In this document: positions 18,492 through 27,123 of the stretch, piece by piece
How positions within the stretch are numbered: the first letter of the stretch is position 1
Layout of the letters: the number at the start of each line of letters is the position of its first letter
Assembly: GCA_018302985.1 (NCBI GenBank)
Contig: JAGVZA010000002.1
Span: forward strand, 32,228-96,227
Reading direction: 5' to 3'
DNA length: 64,000 bases
Source: Candidatus Woesearchaeota archaeon
Lineage (GTDB): Archaea > Nanobdellota > Nanobdellia > SCGC-AAA011-G17 > UBA489
Notes under the pieces: generated by a model
Seen by the model: only the letters and a program-made list of their open reading frames with translations
What the model was told of the DNA's origin: nothing
Database searches by the model: none
Translations under genes and position numbers: made by a program

Positions 18492-18575
18492 AAAAAGTTC
18501 ATGGGTTGCATTATTTATATAGGTTGTGTTGGTCATGACAATAAGCAAGTAGAAGTGGTTAAAGAATCTTTCTCA

Positions 18576-18651
18576 GAAAAAACCGAAAAAATGAAGCATA
18601 AAATCGAAAACTTTACGATATAGATAGAAGTATTTTCGGAAAAATCACCGC
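18576..18651 (+). repeat. Phased-CG intergenic element, full copy
   Basis: CG at 18584, 18605, 18616, 18637 and 18649 (21/11/21/12); aligns ungapped to 8751-8821. Confidence 0.75.
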
Positions 18652-18700
18652 AACTGCTATTAAAAGAAAATACTTTCTTCCTCATCGGAGGTGAAATTCC

Positions 18701-18829
18701 ATGAAACAATTGTACTGTATTGAATGCAATCGTCCCATTAAGCAGCGTGGTCGTTGTCTAGCTTGCAACACACAAGCAAAGAAACGTCGTGCAGCGCAGG
18801 ACCGTGTTGTAGAAGAAATAAGTATATAA
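18701..18829 (+). CDS. 42 aa zinc-finger microprotein (not in ORF track)
   Basis: MKQLYCIECNRPIKQRGRCLACNTQAKKRR...; strong SD GGAGGTGA upstream. Confidence 0.75.
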   Translation: MKQLYCIECNRPIKQRGRCLACNTQAKKRRAAQDRVVEEISI

Positions 18830-18875
18830 TAAGAATATACCAAGGTTTATAAGGGTAAACGTCTTACCAAAGCCA

Positions 18876-19379
18876 ATGAGACGTTTATTTCTTCTTTTTG
18901 GCCTGAGTATGATCTTAGTGCTAAGCGGATGTGTACAAATTAATGAACCTGTCTACTGTACAGCAGATGCTAAAGCATGTCCTGATGGAACCTATGTAGG
19001 TCGAGATGCTAACAATAATTGTCAATTTTATTCCTGTTCTCAACCAAGACAGTGTACTGAAGAGGTAAAAAATTGTCCAGGTGCATCAGCAGTTGGTCGT
19101 GACCCTTACAATAATTGTGAATTCTATCCTTGCCCAACAATGCAAGCATGCACAAAAGAGTTAAAATCTTGCCCCGGTAATACTATGGTAAGTCGTAATC
19201 CTTCTAATAATTGTGAATTCTATGATTGTCCACCAACAACAAAAATAACTAAAATAAAATGTGAAAGCCAGAACGGTATAGTTGTTCTAAATCCTGGTGC
19301 TGGTGTTATGTGTCCACAAGGAAAAGTAATGATAGGTACAGTTACTATGGGCATTGAAAGCGGCATTTGTTGCAGATAA
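18876..19379 (+). CDS. Cys-rich repeat lipoprotein
   Basis: Lipobox LSGC; three repeats of CT.(D/E).K.CP....V.R...NNC.FY.C. Confidence 0.8.
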   Translation: MRRLFLLFGLSMILVLSGCVQINEPVYCTADAKACPDGTYVGRDANNNCQFYSCSQPRQCTEEVKNCPGASAVGRDPYNNCEFYPCPTMQACTKELKSCPGNTMVSRNPSNNCEFYDCPPTTKITKIKCESQNGIVVLNPGAGVMCPQGKVMIGTVTMGIESGICCR

Positions 19380-19381
19380 CT

Positions 19382-19495
19382 ATGACTCAAAATTTACAAA
19401 AAGATATTGAGCAAGCTATTCAAGATGAGGAAGCTCTAGAAAAAGTGATTGAAAGAAAAGAATTCTTAAGAAAAGCTTGGATTAAAAGAATATAA
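19382..19495 (+). CDS. 37 aa hypothetical microprotein (not in ORF track)
   Basis: MTQNLQKDIEQAIQDEEALEKVIERKEFLRKAWIKRI, starting 2 nt after the previous stop. Confidence 0.45.
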   Translation: MTQNLQKDIEQAIQDEEALEKVIERKEFLRKAWIKRI

Positions 19496-19516
19496 ACAAT
19501 AAGTGTAGTAAAGAGA

Positions 19517-20104
19517 TTAAGCAACAGGAAGCGAACTCAGCTTACTAAAAATATAGAAGCCTACGATTGCAAGTACTGCTAAAAGAATAAGGAAGAGAGC
19601 CAAAGGAATCAAATACATTAACAAAACTTTTTTCTTGGATAAACCATGCACTTGTTGTGTTCCTATAATTAATAAAACTAAATTATAAATAACGCTAAAG
19701 AGACCTAAAACTGGAATCCATCCTAAGAGGTAACCAGGAGTACTGCTATAAGTAAATAATTGATAGGTTTTTGCATAAGGTACTCGTCCACCAAAAATCT
19801 TAATCCAAAGATGGAGTATACCAGCACAAACAAAGCTTATTCCTAAACCTAAAATGAAATTAATGAGATTTGCAATGATCTGTTGACCAAAAGTAGGCAT
19901 TGCTATTTGATCTCCAAAGAGTTTCGTTAAGAAAGTAAAAAAAGGAGTATAAATAGGCGAGATTATAAGTCCTAAGACAGTTCCTATGAAAGAAATAACT
20001 GCAAAATACTTAAATGCTGTTTTGACGCCCTGTTCTTTCTTCAAATGGGAGAAAAAAGAAGTTGGCTGAAATAAAACTATTTTTACTTTATCGATGAATC
20101 GCAT
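19517..20104 (-). CDS. Yip1 family membrane protein
   Basis: VLFQPTSFF, HLWIKIFGG..Y.KTY....YSSTP, five TM helices. Confidence 0.82.
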   Translation of the reverse strand: MRFIDKVKIVLFQPTSFFSHLKKEQGVKTAFKYFAVISFIGTVLGLIISPIYTPFFTFLTKLFGDQIAMPTFGQQIIANLINFILGLGISFVCAGILHLWIKIFGGRVPYAKTYQLFTYSSTPGYLLGWIPVLGLFSVIYNLVLLIIGTQQVHGLSKKKVLLMYLIPLALFLILLAVLAIVGFYIFSKLSSLPVA

Positions 20105-20140
20105 AGAATAGGGAGTTTTGAGGAGTATATAAACATTTTC

Positions 20141-20854
20141 TTAGGTTAAAGTTAGCCCAATCCAGCCATTGCCCCATAAAATTAAGATAGCTCCCAAAGC
20201 GATCAACACTAATCCTATGGCTAGTCGCATCCATTTCTTTTCTTTGTCTTTCCAGTCCTTCATCTTCTTGGTGCTGACTCCAAAATAAGCAAGCAATAAA
20301 ATAACTATCAAAGGCAGGACGAAGATAAAATTATAGACTACTAATAACCAAAAAACTTCTAGACTGAATCCAATTTTTGCTAGCAAGGTAGTGATTGCTA
20401 AATAAGGTCCTCCAGTGCAAGGCAATTCTACAGCAGCAACAAATGCTCCTAAGATAATGGCTCCAGGAATCGTGACATGATGCATATACTTTTTGATTTG
20501 TTTCAAACGTTTTGCAGGAATTCTCAGTGTTAGTCCTTGTCCATACCACCAGAAATCCTTGACTTCTAAGAGTCCTAAGATGATGACTAATCCTCCAACT
20601 AACCAACTTAACTCATCAGCAATATTCAGCCGCTGAATAAAAAATAACAATCCAAATCCAGCAATAAGATAAGTTAAGAATACAGCTCCAATATAAATAA
20701 TTCCTACCCAAAGCATTTTTCTATGATTATGAGATAAACCAAGAAGTGTTGCAATCAATAAGATAAGAACTCCAATCGCGCAGGGATTAATAGAATCTAC
20801 TGCAGCAGTCCCGAATACGACTGGCCATGTGGGTAAGGAGATATCAAGAGCCAT
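20141..20854 (-). CDS. CcdA/DsbD-like transmembrane redox protein
   Basis: DSINPCA and ELPCTGGPY Cys motifs; YNFIFVLPL. Confidence 0.85.
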   Translation of the reverse strand: MALDISLPTWPVVFGTAAVDSINPCAIGVLILLIATLLGLSHNHRKMLWVGIIYIGAVFLTYLIAGFGLLFFIQRLNIADELSWLVGGLVIILGLLEVKDFWWYGQGLTLRIPAKRLKQIKKYMHHVTIPGAIILGAFVAAVELPCTGGPYLAITTLLAKIGFSLEVFWLLVVYNFIFVLPLIVILLLAYFGVSTKKMKDWKDKEKKWMRLAIGLVLIALGAILILWGNGWIGLTLT

Positions 20855-20858
20855 AAGA

Positions 20859-21251
20859 TCACTGTTGTTTTTGTGGAACTGGGCAGCCAGCTTTCGTTGC
20901 TAGTTCTTCAAATGTAGGAACACCAACTAGCCAATTGTCCTTGTTAGGATCATCATTAAACACAAAGGTAGCATATTTGTCAATGCCTTTCTTGATGCAG
21001 AGTTCAGATTGTTCATTTTCACCACGAGCATCGCATTCAACATAAGTAAGATATTTCAGGGCTCCGCCAAAGTTTTTCTTGACTTGCGCGCATTTAGGAC
21101 ACCAGAAAGTGCCATAAAATACTCCGCCTTTTTCAGTAATGCATTGTGCCAACTTATCAATCTCTGGTTGTGGATAGCCTCCAGAACTGCATCCTGCAAC
21201 GACAACAAGCATCGTAGCGAAGAACAAAAAAAGTTTATTTGAGACTGCCAT
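20859..21251 (-). CDS. Thioredoxin-fold lipoprotein (VKOR partner type)
   Basis: Lipobox VAGC; LAQCI...FYGTFWCPKC...YVEC...C...GI. Confidence 0.82.
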   Translation of the reverse strand: MAVSNKLFLFFATMLVVVAGCSSGGYPQPEIDKLAQCITEKGGVFYGTFWCPKCAQVKKNFGGALKYLTYVECDARGENEQSELCIKKGIDKYATFVFNDDPNKDNWLVGVPTFEELATKAGCPVPQKQQ

Positions 21252-21771
21252 GATTCATCCTCCAGACTATAATTAAGGAAATAATAAGTACAATGTCAAG
21301 TGCTATGCAGAGAATGCAATAGGTCTTTAAAATAAAATGTTGAATTAAAAATAAGTAAAATCCATATAAGACACCAAATATCAAAATGCCTTGCATCCAG
21401 CTCGATACTTTGTTTGCAGGAATCCACAAAAAGCCTTTGGTATGTTGATATGCTCGTAATAAGAGGGATAAGAAAATTAAGGTCAAGAATCCTAAAAAAG
21501 CATTAGAGACTAAGAGTTCAACAACGGGTCCATATTGAGTTAAATTAATCAAAGGAATATTCCATCCAAAGTCAACAGTCATCAAATAAGAGATTCCATC
21601 AAGAGTTGCATAAGGACTTTTATTGACAATGCCGCAGTCAAAAGAGCTGCCAAAAGTGCAGAATTTGCTTGCAGAAGGTGAGAAGTGTTCATAAGTTAAG
21701 AATAAGGAGACTAGCATACCTAAAATAAATAGAACGTAGAGTCCTTTATGAGACTTTTTTGTTTTGATCAA
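21235..21771 (-). CDS. Vitamin K epoxide reductase (VKOR) family protein
   Basis: C.FGSSFDCGIV..SPYA and YCILC; TTG start with GAGGGAG. Confidence 0.85.
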   Translation of the reverse strand: MIKTKKSHKGLYVLFILGMLVSLFLTYEHFSPSASKFCTFGSSFDCGIVNKSPYATLDGISYLMTVDFGWNIPLINLTQYGPVVELLVSNAFLGFLTLIFLSLLLRAYQHTKGFLWIPANKVSSWMQGILIFGVLYGFYLFLIQHFILKTYCILCIALDIVLIISLIIVWRMNHGSLK

Positions 21772-21872
21772 GTTGCTCCCTCTTTTGAAATGAGATAATT
21801 CCTCTACTTATATAAGTTGCGTCAGCAAAAAGCTATATAAAGAGTTCAGTTTCTCAAGAGAAAGTGGTATCT

Positions 21873-22223
21873 ATGAAACAATGTCCTGTCTTCGAAACTG
21901 CAGAATTATTAGGAAAGAAATGGACCTTGCCTTTGTTGCAGCAAATAGAATTGCATGGCGGTAAAGGATTTAATGAGCTCATGCGGCAGATGAAAAAAAT
22001 AAGTCCTAAAATTCTTACAGAGCGGTTGAAAGCTTTAGAAGCACAAAATATAATCAAAAAAGAAACAGCAGACAAAGATCAGACAAGAACTTCTTATTTT
22101 ATCACAGAAAAAGGAAAAGAATTGCAGAAGCTCTTAACACAATTCCGTGCATGGAGTGCAAAATATGATGCAACCTTTGCTGGATGTGAAGAAAGAGAAT
22201 GTGTTAAGTGTGAGAAATATTAA
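21873..22223 (+). CDS. HxlR family winged-helix regulator
   Basis: CPV..TAELLGKKWTL, FNEL, ISPKILTERLKALE; C-terminal Cys cluster. Confidence 0.9.
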   Translation: MKQCPVFETAELLGKKWTLPLLQQIELHGGKGFNELMRQMKKISPKILTERLKALEAQNIIKKETADKDQTRTSYFITEKGKELQKLLTQFRAWSAKYDATFAGCEERECVKCEKY

Positions 22224-22292
22224 CTATCGTTTGAGAAAGGGTATCTTTATATAAACAAGAAGAAAAGCAAAAATAAGAAGAGGTGATTAGAA

Positions 22293-22655
22293 ATGAATAC
22301 TACAGAAAAAGCAATGTGGGCATTACGCATTGGTATTTTCGGTACTTTTTTAGGTCATGGTGTATTCGCTTTAATGGTTAAACAAAGTTGGATCCCTTAT
22401 TTCACAGCATTAGGATTTTCTGAATCATTTGCTATTACTGCATTGCCTTTAATAGGTCTGATGGACATGGCTGTCGGTATTTCAGTTTTGTTAAAGCCTC
22501 ATAAATATGTGCTTTATTGGGCAGTATTCTGGGGATTCTGGACTGCATTAGTTCGTCCATTGACAGGAGAACCCATCTGGGACTTCGTGGAACGTTGGGC
22601 AAATTGGGCAGCACCCCTAGCACTGATATTTTTGATGGATAAAAAGAAGAAATAA
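22293..22655 (+). CDS. Small DoxX-like membrane protein
   Basis: LRIG..GTFLGHG, TAL.RP, WDFVERWANWAAPL; SD GAGGTGA. Confidence 0.65.
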   Translation: MNTTEKAMWALRIGIFGTFLGHGVFALMVKQSWIPYFTALGFSESFAITALPLIGLMDMAVGISVLLKPHKYVLYWAVFWGFWTALVRPLTGEPIWDFVERWANWAAPLALIFLMDKKKK

Positions 22656-22677
22656 TTCTTTTTCCTTTTTTTCTTTT

Positions 22678-22800
22678 TTACATTTCATAGTCTTTGCCAG
22701 TTCTTGGCACACTTCCTTCTTCATACTCATTAAGAATGTCTATAATTTCTTCCAAAGGATCTTTCTTTTTCTTTTTCTCTTCAGGTTGTTTTGTAGTCAT
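22678..22800 (-). CDS. 40 aa hypothetical microprotein (not in ORF track)
   Basis: MTTKQPEEKKKKKDPLEEIIDILNEYEEGSVPRTGKDYEM; ATGA overlap with the upstream JAMM gene. Confidence 0.55.
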   Translation of the reverse strand: MTTKQPEEKKKKKDPLEEIIDILNEYEEGSVPRTGKDYEM

Positions 22801-23375
22801 GGATAAAAACCAAAGCGATCAGGCTCGCACATCACACCAATCAGCCCATCTTTATTAATTTTTGCAAATGCTTGATAATAGTTGATATCTGCTGCAGAAA
22901 AAATACAATGTTTATAGGGATGGCTATGCAAGGCGATCACAGTTTCTTTCGGACAGAGATCTGCTCGGACATGAAATACATCTTGTTCATAAGTTCTAGG
23001 AAGAATCAATCGATCCAGAGTATAAACTGTAGCTGTCTGAGATCCAAGTAAGCAAGCGCTAAATTCCTGGTGTTGATTCTCAAAATATAATGTTTTAAGT
23101 TGTGTAAAAACTTCAGGAGTAAAGATAATAGTTCGTCCATCACTGAGAGTAAGTTGGTGATTAACAACCACATCGCTTGCAGCTTTTCCTTCTAATACAG
23201 AAAGCAGATCATATCCAGGTGCTAAATACACCAGCAGTAAAAAAAGTAAAAAGAGAGCTATAAGTAAAGTTCCAAAGCGTTTGAAAAAGCGTTGCGTAGG
23301 AGTAGGTGCAGCAGGAGGTTCAAAAGGCCGTAATAATAATCCATGATCTTCTGTTGTCCGATGTTTGTTAGTCAT
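22797..23375 (-). CDS. Membrane-anchored JAMM/MPN+ metalloprotease-like protein
   Basis: TM helix, then E(FSACLLG) and HSH-x7-S-x2-D (HSHPYKHCIFSAAD). Confidence 0.7.
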   Translation of the reverse strand: MTNKHRTTEDHGLLLRPFEPPAAPTPTQRFFKRFGTLLIALFLLFLLLVYLAPGYDLLSVLEGKAASDVVVNHQLTLSDGRTIIFTPEVFTQLKTLYFENQHQEFSACLLGSQTATVYTLDRLILPRTYEQDVFHVRADLCPKETVIALHSHPYKHCIFSAADINYYQAFAKINKDGLIGVMCEPDRFGFYP

Positions 23376-23428
23376 AGCAGAAAGAGAAAGAAGTAAACAT
23401 TAAAAACTTATGGTGACAGAGAAGAAAG

Positions 23429-23665
23429 ATGAAAAAGTATTGGTTTAAGACAAAAACTTATGGATGGGGCTGGTATCCAGCAACTTGGCAAGGATGGTTG
23501 GTTTTAGGGATCTATATCTTGTTCTTTGCTAGTCTCATAATTAAAGTCAACAGTCATACCATGGTATTGCCCCTCTATCTGATTGCAGTCTTCATACTAA
23601 CAGGAATATTATTAGTCATTTGTTATCTCACTGGAGAAAAACCTCGATGGCGTTGGGGAAAATAA
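23429..23665 (+). CDS. Small two-TM protein
   Basis: WFK.K.YGWGWYP.TWQGW...GEKPRWRWG. Confidence 0.75.
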   Translation: MKKYWFKTKTYGWGWYPATWQGWLVLGIYILFFASLIIKVNSHTMVLPLYLIAVFILTGILLVICYLTGEKPRWRWGK

Positions 23666-23674
23666 AAAAGAAAA

Positions 23675-24997
23675 TTATCTTTGCTTATTTAAATAGAGTA
23701 CTGCTTGTTCAATGCCGACAGGAGTCAAAGGAAACATAGGAACAACTTTTCCAATAGCGCTTACAGTAGGGTGCTGCCAATAATCTTCTTGAAGAGGGTT
23801 AAGCCATACTAATTTAGGAAAATGTGCTCTAAGATATTTTAAAACTGCCAGTGGAGTACTTTCTCTATTACTAGGAGAAAATAATTCGTCAGGAGCCATA
23901 TGAGCATCTCCAATAACAAACACATGATCTTTAGTATGTGTTTGAACTAAGTTTTCAAGAGGTACAGTACTCTGTAGTCTCCTCTCATCTTCAGAAACTG
24001 TTTGATGCAAAATGTTATGAAAATAAAAGGTACGAAGATTACCATTGACTCGTCTCTTCATTCTTCCAAACAATTGTTGCACAACAGAAGTATAACTGCT
24101 CATAGAAAATCCACCATTGTCCATAAAAAGAAGCATTTGAAGAGTATTCTCAAGTTTTTCTTTACAAACAGGAACAAAAATGCCTCCTCTTCTAACACCT
24201 TGATCTATAGTGGCATCAATATCTAAGAGCTTGTGTGAAGTGGGTTCTAAAAGTCCTTGAAGTGCAGCAAGGCAAGCATCTATGGAAGTATCACTCAACA
24301 CTGCATCGCTATCAACGGGAAAATAAGTCATATCTCCAAAAACTCTTCTGGCTTGACTAAGTCTTCCCCTTCCTCCAACGCGTATGCCTCCTTGTACATA
24401 ACCATCATGTCCAAAAGGTGAATAACCATCAGTTCCAATCCAATGGTCTCCACCACTATGGCGTTCACGTTGTGCTTCAGCAACTTTTCGTAAGCGTTCT
24501 TCTAAGTCTTTAAGAGCAACCGTACTATAATCTACTAAAATATTATGACGAGGTGCTTCTCGACTTTCACCAGTATCAACACGATTAGGATCATCTTGAT
24601 CGAAAAGAATGGAACCATCAACAGTTCTTCCTATTCCAAGAGTAGTGGTATGTACATAGTCAAAGAAACGATCTATAAGATCTGTAAGTGCAAGATCATG
24701 ACTATCAGAGGTTTCAAGAAAATGACTTTTCCAAGAATGAAATGCTTTTGAATTTTGTACTGCTTCTTCAAGAGGTTGGCCTGGTGCAACAGAAATACCA
24801 AGAAAATAATCATAAAATGCTGCAGTAAATGGACCTGTCATTTCTTTTTTATGTACAACAAGCCCTTGCAAGACAACATATAAATCTCCTAAGGTAGAAA
24901 CCATACCATGTTGCATACAAGTCTGAAGTTCGAACAATGTTCTGACATCTGCAGGAACTTTATACTGCTGAAAAGTTTGAGGAAGTGTTGGAAACAT
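23675..24997 (-). CDS. VWA domain (CoxE-like) protein
   Basis: HSGG.HWIGT.G.SPFGH.G, LDIDATI, FMDNGGFSM, YFHN, IGDA.MAP.EL, VWLNP. Confidence 0.85.
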   Translation of the reverse strand: MFPTLPQTFQQYKVPADVRTLFELQTCMQHGMVSTLGDLYVVLQGLVVHKKEMTGPFTAAFYDYFLGISVAPGQPLEEAVQNSKAFHSWKSHFLETSDSHDLALTDLIDRFFDYVHTTTLGIGRTVDGSILFDQDDPNRVDTGESREAPRHNILVDYSTVALKDLEERLRKVAEAQRERHSGGDHWIGTDGYSPFGHDGYVQGGIRVGGRGRLSQARRVFGDMTYFPVDSDAVLSDTSIDACLAALQGLLEPTSHKLLDIDATIDQGVRRGGIFVPVCKEKLENTLQMLLFMDNGGFSMSSYTSVVQQLFGRMKRRVNGNLRTFYFHNILHQTVSEDERRLQSTVPLENLVQTHTKDHVFVIGDAHMAPDELFSPSNRESTPLAVLKYLRAHFPKLVWLNPLQEDYWQHPTVSAIGKVVPMFPLTPVGIEQAVLYLNKQR

Positions 24998-25014
24998 AGG
25001 GAGAGTTATGATGA

Positions 25015-25911
25015 CTATTGGGCGCGATAAACTCCATGTTGTTCTATACTACGTCGAAGAGGTTGATCTCTAACTGATTTAAGCAATACTCCTGCGCCTG
25101 GCAGATGTTCAAGGTCTTTTTTTGTAATTCCTGGCGTAGTGGTATGAACATATGCTATCCATTCTAATAATTCGCTCGTTGAAGGTAATCTTTCTAGATG
25201 AAGGTTTCGCAACTGATAAAATATTTGTAGAGCACTTTGGACAAGAGTAGGATTAACTGTTGGATGATGTTTGGCAACAATGGCTCGCATAGATTCTGGA
25301 GAAGGGAATTCAATAAAATGATAAACACATCTCCTTAAAAAAGCAGAAGGTAATTCTTGTTCACGATTGCTAGTAATCACTATAGTAGGCATATCTTCCT
25401 GAGTTGTTGAAATAACAGTTCCTGTATCCGGAATAACATATCTCCGTTGAGAAAGAATATACAAAAGATCATTAGGAAAGTGTCGTGGTGCTTTGTCAAT
25501 TTCATCAATAAGAAGAACTGTATTTTTTTGTTGGTAAGCTTGTGCAAGTGGTCCAAAATGAAGATAATCTTCACGATGTTCAATTCTTCTTGGAGAATCT
25601 GCTAGAGTTTGAGAAGCACCTTGTTGTTGTAATTGTGTTCTTAAGACCAGCATCTGTGCATCAGTGAGATAGAGCACTTGATCGAAGCGTGCAACTACAT
25701 CTTCCAAACTACTTTTTGAACTTGAAGGATATTGGAACAAGGAACATCCTGTTGATGCTGCAAATTGAATTGCTAAATCAGTTTTTCCAGTACCTGGTTC
25801 TCCTTCTAAAAGTAGAGGTTTACCTAGAATGCGTGCTTGCTGAAACGCAACTGCTAACTGAGGATCACAAATATAAGTATCAGATCCCTTCCAAAAGTCT
25901 TTAGTAGCCAT
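25015..25911 (-). CDS. MoxR family AAA+ ATPase
   Basis: LLLEGEPGTGKT, LLIDEIDKA...FPNDLL, ITSN.E.ELP.AFLRRC. Confidence 0.92.
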   Translation of the reverse strand: MATKDFWKGSDTYICDPQLAVAFQQARILGKPLLLEGEPGTGKTDLAIQFAASTGCSLFQYPSSSKSSLEDVVARFDQVLYLTDAQMLVLRTQLQQQGASQTLADSPRRIEHREDYLHFGPLAQAYQQKNTVLLIDEIDKAPRHFPNDLLYILSQRRYVIPDTGTVISTTQEDMPTIVITSNREQELPSAFLRRCVYHFIEFPSPESMRAIVAKHHPTVNPTLVQSALQIFYQLRNLHLERLPSTSELLEWIAYVHTTTPGITKKDLEHLPGAGVLLKSVRDQPLRRSIEQHGVYRAQ

Positions 25912-26010
25912 CAAAAAACGATTTTTTAACACTATATAAAAGTAGCTAGCCAAGAAGAAAGACATCTTAGGTAAGTAGTGAAAATAAAAAAAGAAGAAAA
26001 AAGAAAAGAA

Positions 26011-27111
26011 TTAGGCTATTAGTTGTTCCACAATGGTTTGCAATCCTGAAACAACTCTTTCTTCTCTGGATCGCATATCAGGTCTAAAAGGTTCTCCAGT
26101 TAAGTGTTGTATGCCTAGAATATATCTAACTGCAATCGCTCGTCGCTGATCATCAGTATATTTTTCTTTTCCTTGGGAGAAACTACGGGCAAATTCTTTG
26201 GAGTAGGATGCTGGATTAAGTTCAGGAATATTGCCTCGTGCCAACTGTTCAAGTTGTCTTGCATAATCATCAACTAACCAAAAACGTGAGGAGTCCAAAG
26301 TGTATAATTCATCTTGAGCAACTATCTCATCATTGCGATTAACACCGTGTTCAGTTTTGGTATCTACAAGAATTAATCCCTTTTCTTGGACGAATCTACT
26401 AACAACACCAAAAGCAACAAGTGCAGCATTTCTTATCTGTTGGTAATCATGAATAGAAAGACCATTTTTAAAAAGGAATTCTGGCGCAACCGACTGATCA
26501 TGTTCATCAGATTTTGTTGATGGCGTATCCATAACATAAGGTAAACGTCCATTAGGTATCCATCGATTATCCACAAAATGACCACAAAAGTTTAAATCTT
26601 TTCGTAACCATGCTTGATAGAGGGTAGTTGAAGTTGTGCTTTTTGCCATATATGCTCGTAAGACCATTTCTATAGGGATAGTTTTCAAATTTTCAGCAGC
26701 AATCACAACACTCGTATCTGCTAAACCAGGTACATCAAATTGCGAAGTTCCCAAGACGTCTTGTGTTAAACGCCGCATGACGTGGTGATTTTGAGCCAAA
26801 ATCTGATCTTTGAAAGGAATCTCTCCACGGTTAATATCATGAGTTGAAATTCTATCCGTTCTAACCATAATACGCAAAGGAGTTCCATCTTTAGTTACTA
26901 AAGGAGGATTTTCATAAGTTGAATGTCCAAAAGAGTATCCACCGCCAAAGATACAATCAGATACTTTTCCAGGTCGCACTTTGAATCCTCTGAGTTGTGG
27001 AAAAATACCAGAATGAATAACATCCTGAGTAGTGAATGGTCTCTGTTCTTTTGCCATGTATTGCTCTACTAAACCTTCTGCTTCACCTTCTGTTAAAAAA
27101 TCATTAGTCAT
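26011..27111 (-). CDS. purC: SAICAR synthetase
   Basis: GKV.D, TDRIS..D, IPFK, PIE.V.R.Y, TPSTK, LILVDTKTE.G, DE..T.DSSRFW, SKEF.R. Confidence 0.92.
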   Translation of the reverse strand: MTNDFLTEGEAEGLVEQYMAKEQRPFTTQDVIHSGIFPQLRGFKVRPGKVSDCIFGGGYSFGHSTYENPPLVTKDGTPLRIMVRTDRISTHDINRGEIPFKDQILAQNHHVMRRLTQDVLGTSQFDVPGLADTSVVIAAENLKTIPIEMVLRAYMAKSTTSTTLYQAWLRKDLNFCGHFVDNRWIPNGRLPYVMDTPSTKSDEHDQSVAPEFLFKNGLSIHDYQQIRNAALVAFGVVSRFVQEKGLILVDTKTEHGVNRNDEIVAQDELYTLDSSRFWLVDDYARQLEQLARGNIPELNPASYSKEFARSFSQGKEKYTDDQRRAIAVRYILGIQHLTGEPFRPDMRSREERVVSGLQTIVEQLIA

Positions 27112-27123
27112 TGTTGTGTCCTC

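Noticed and set aside
7793-18651. Integron attC or Xer/dif sites around the TA-like genes
   Set aside because: No RYYYAAC...GTTRRRY ends, no inverted-repeat structure and no tyrosine recombinase in the window.
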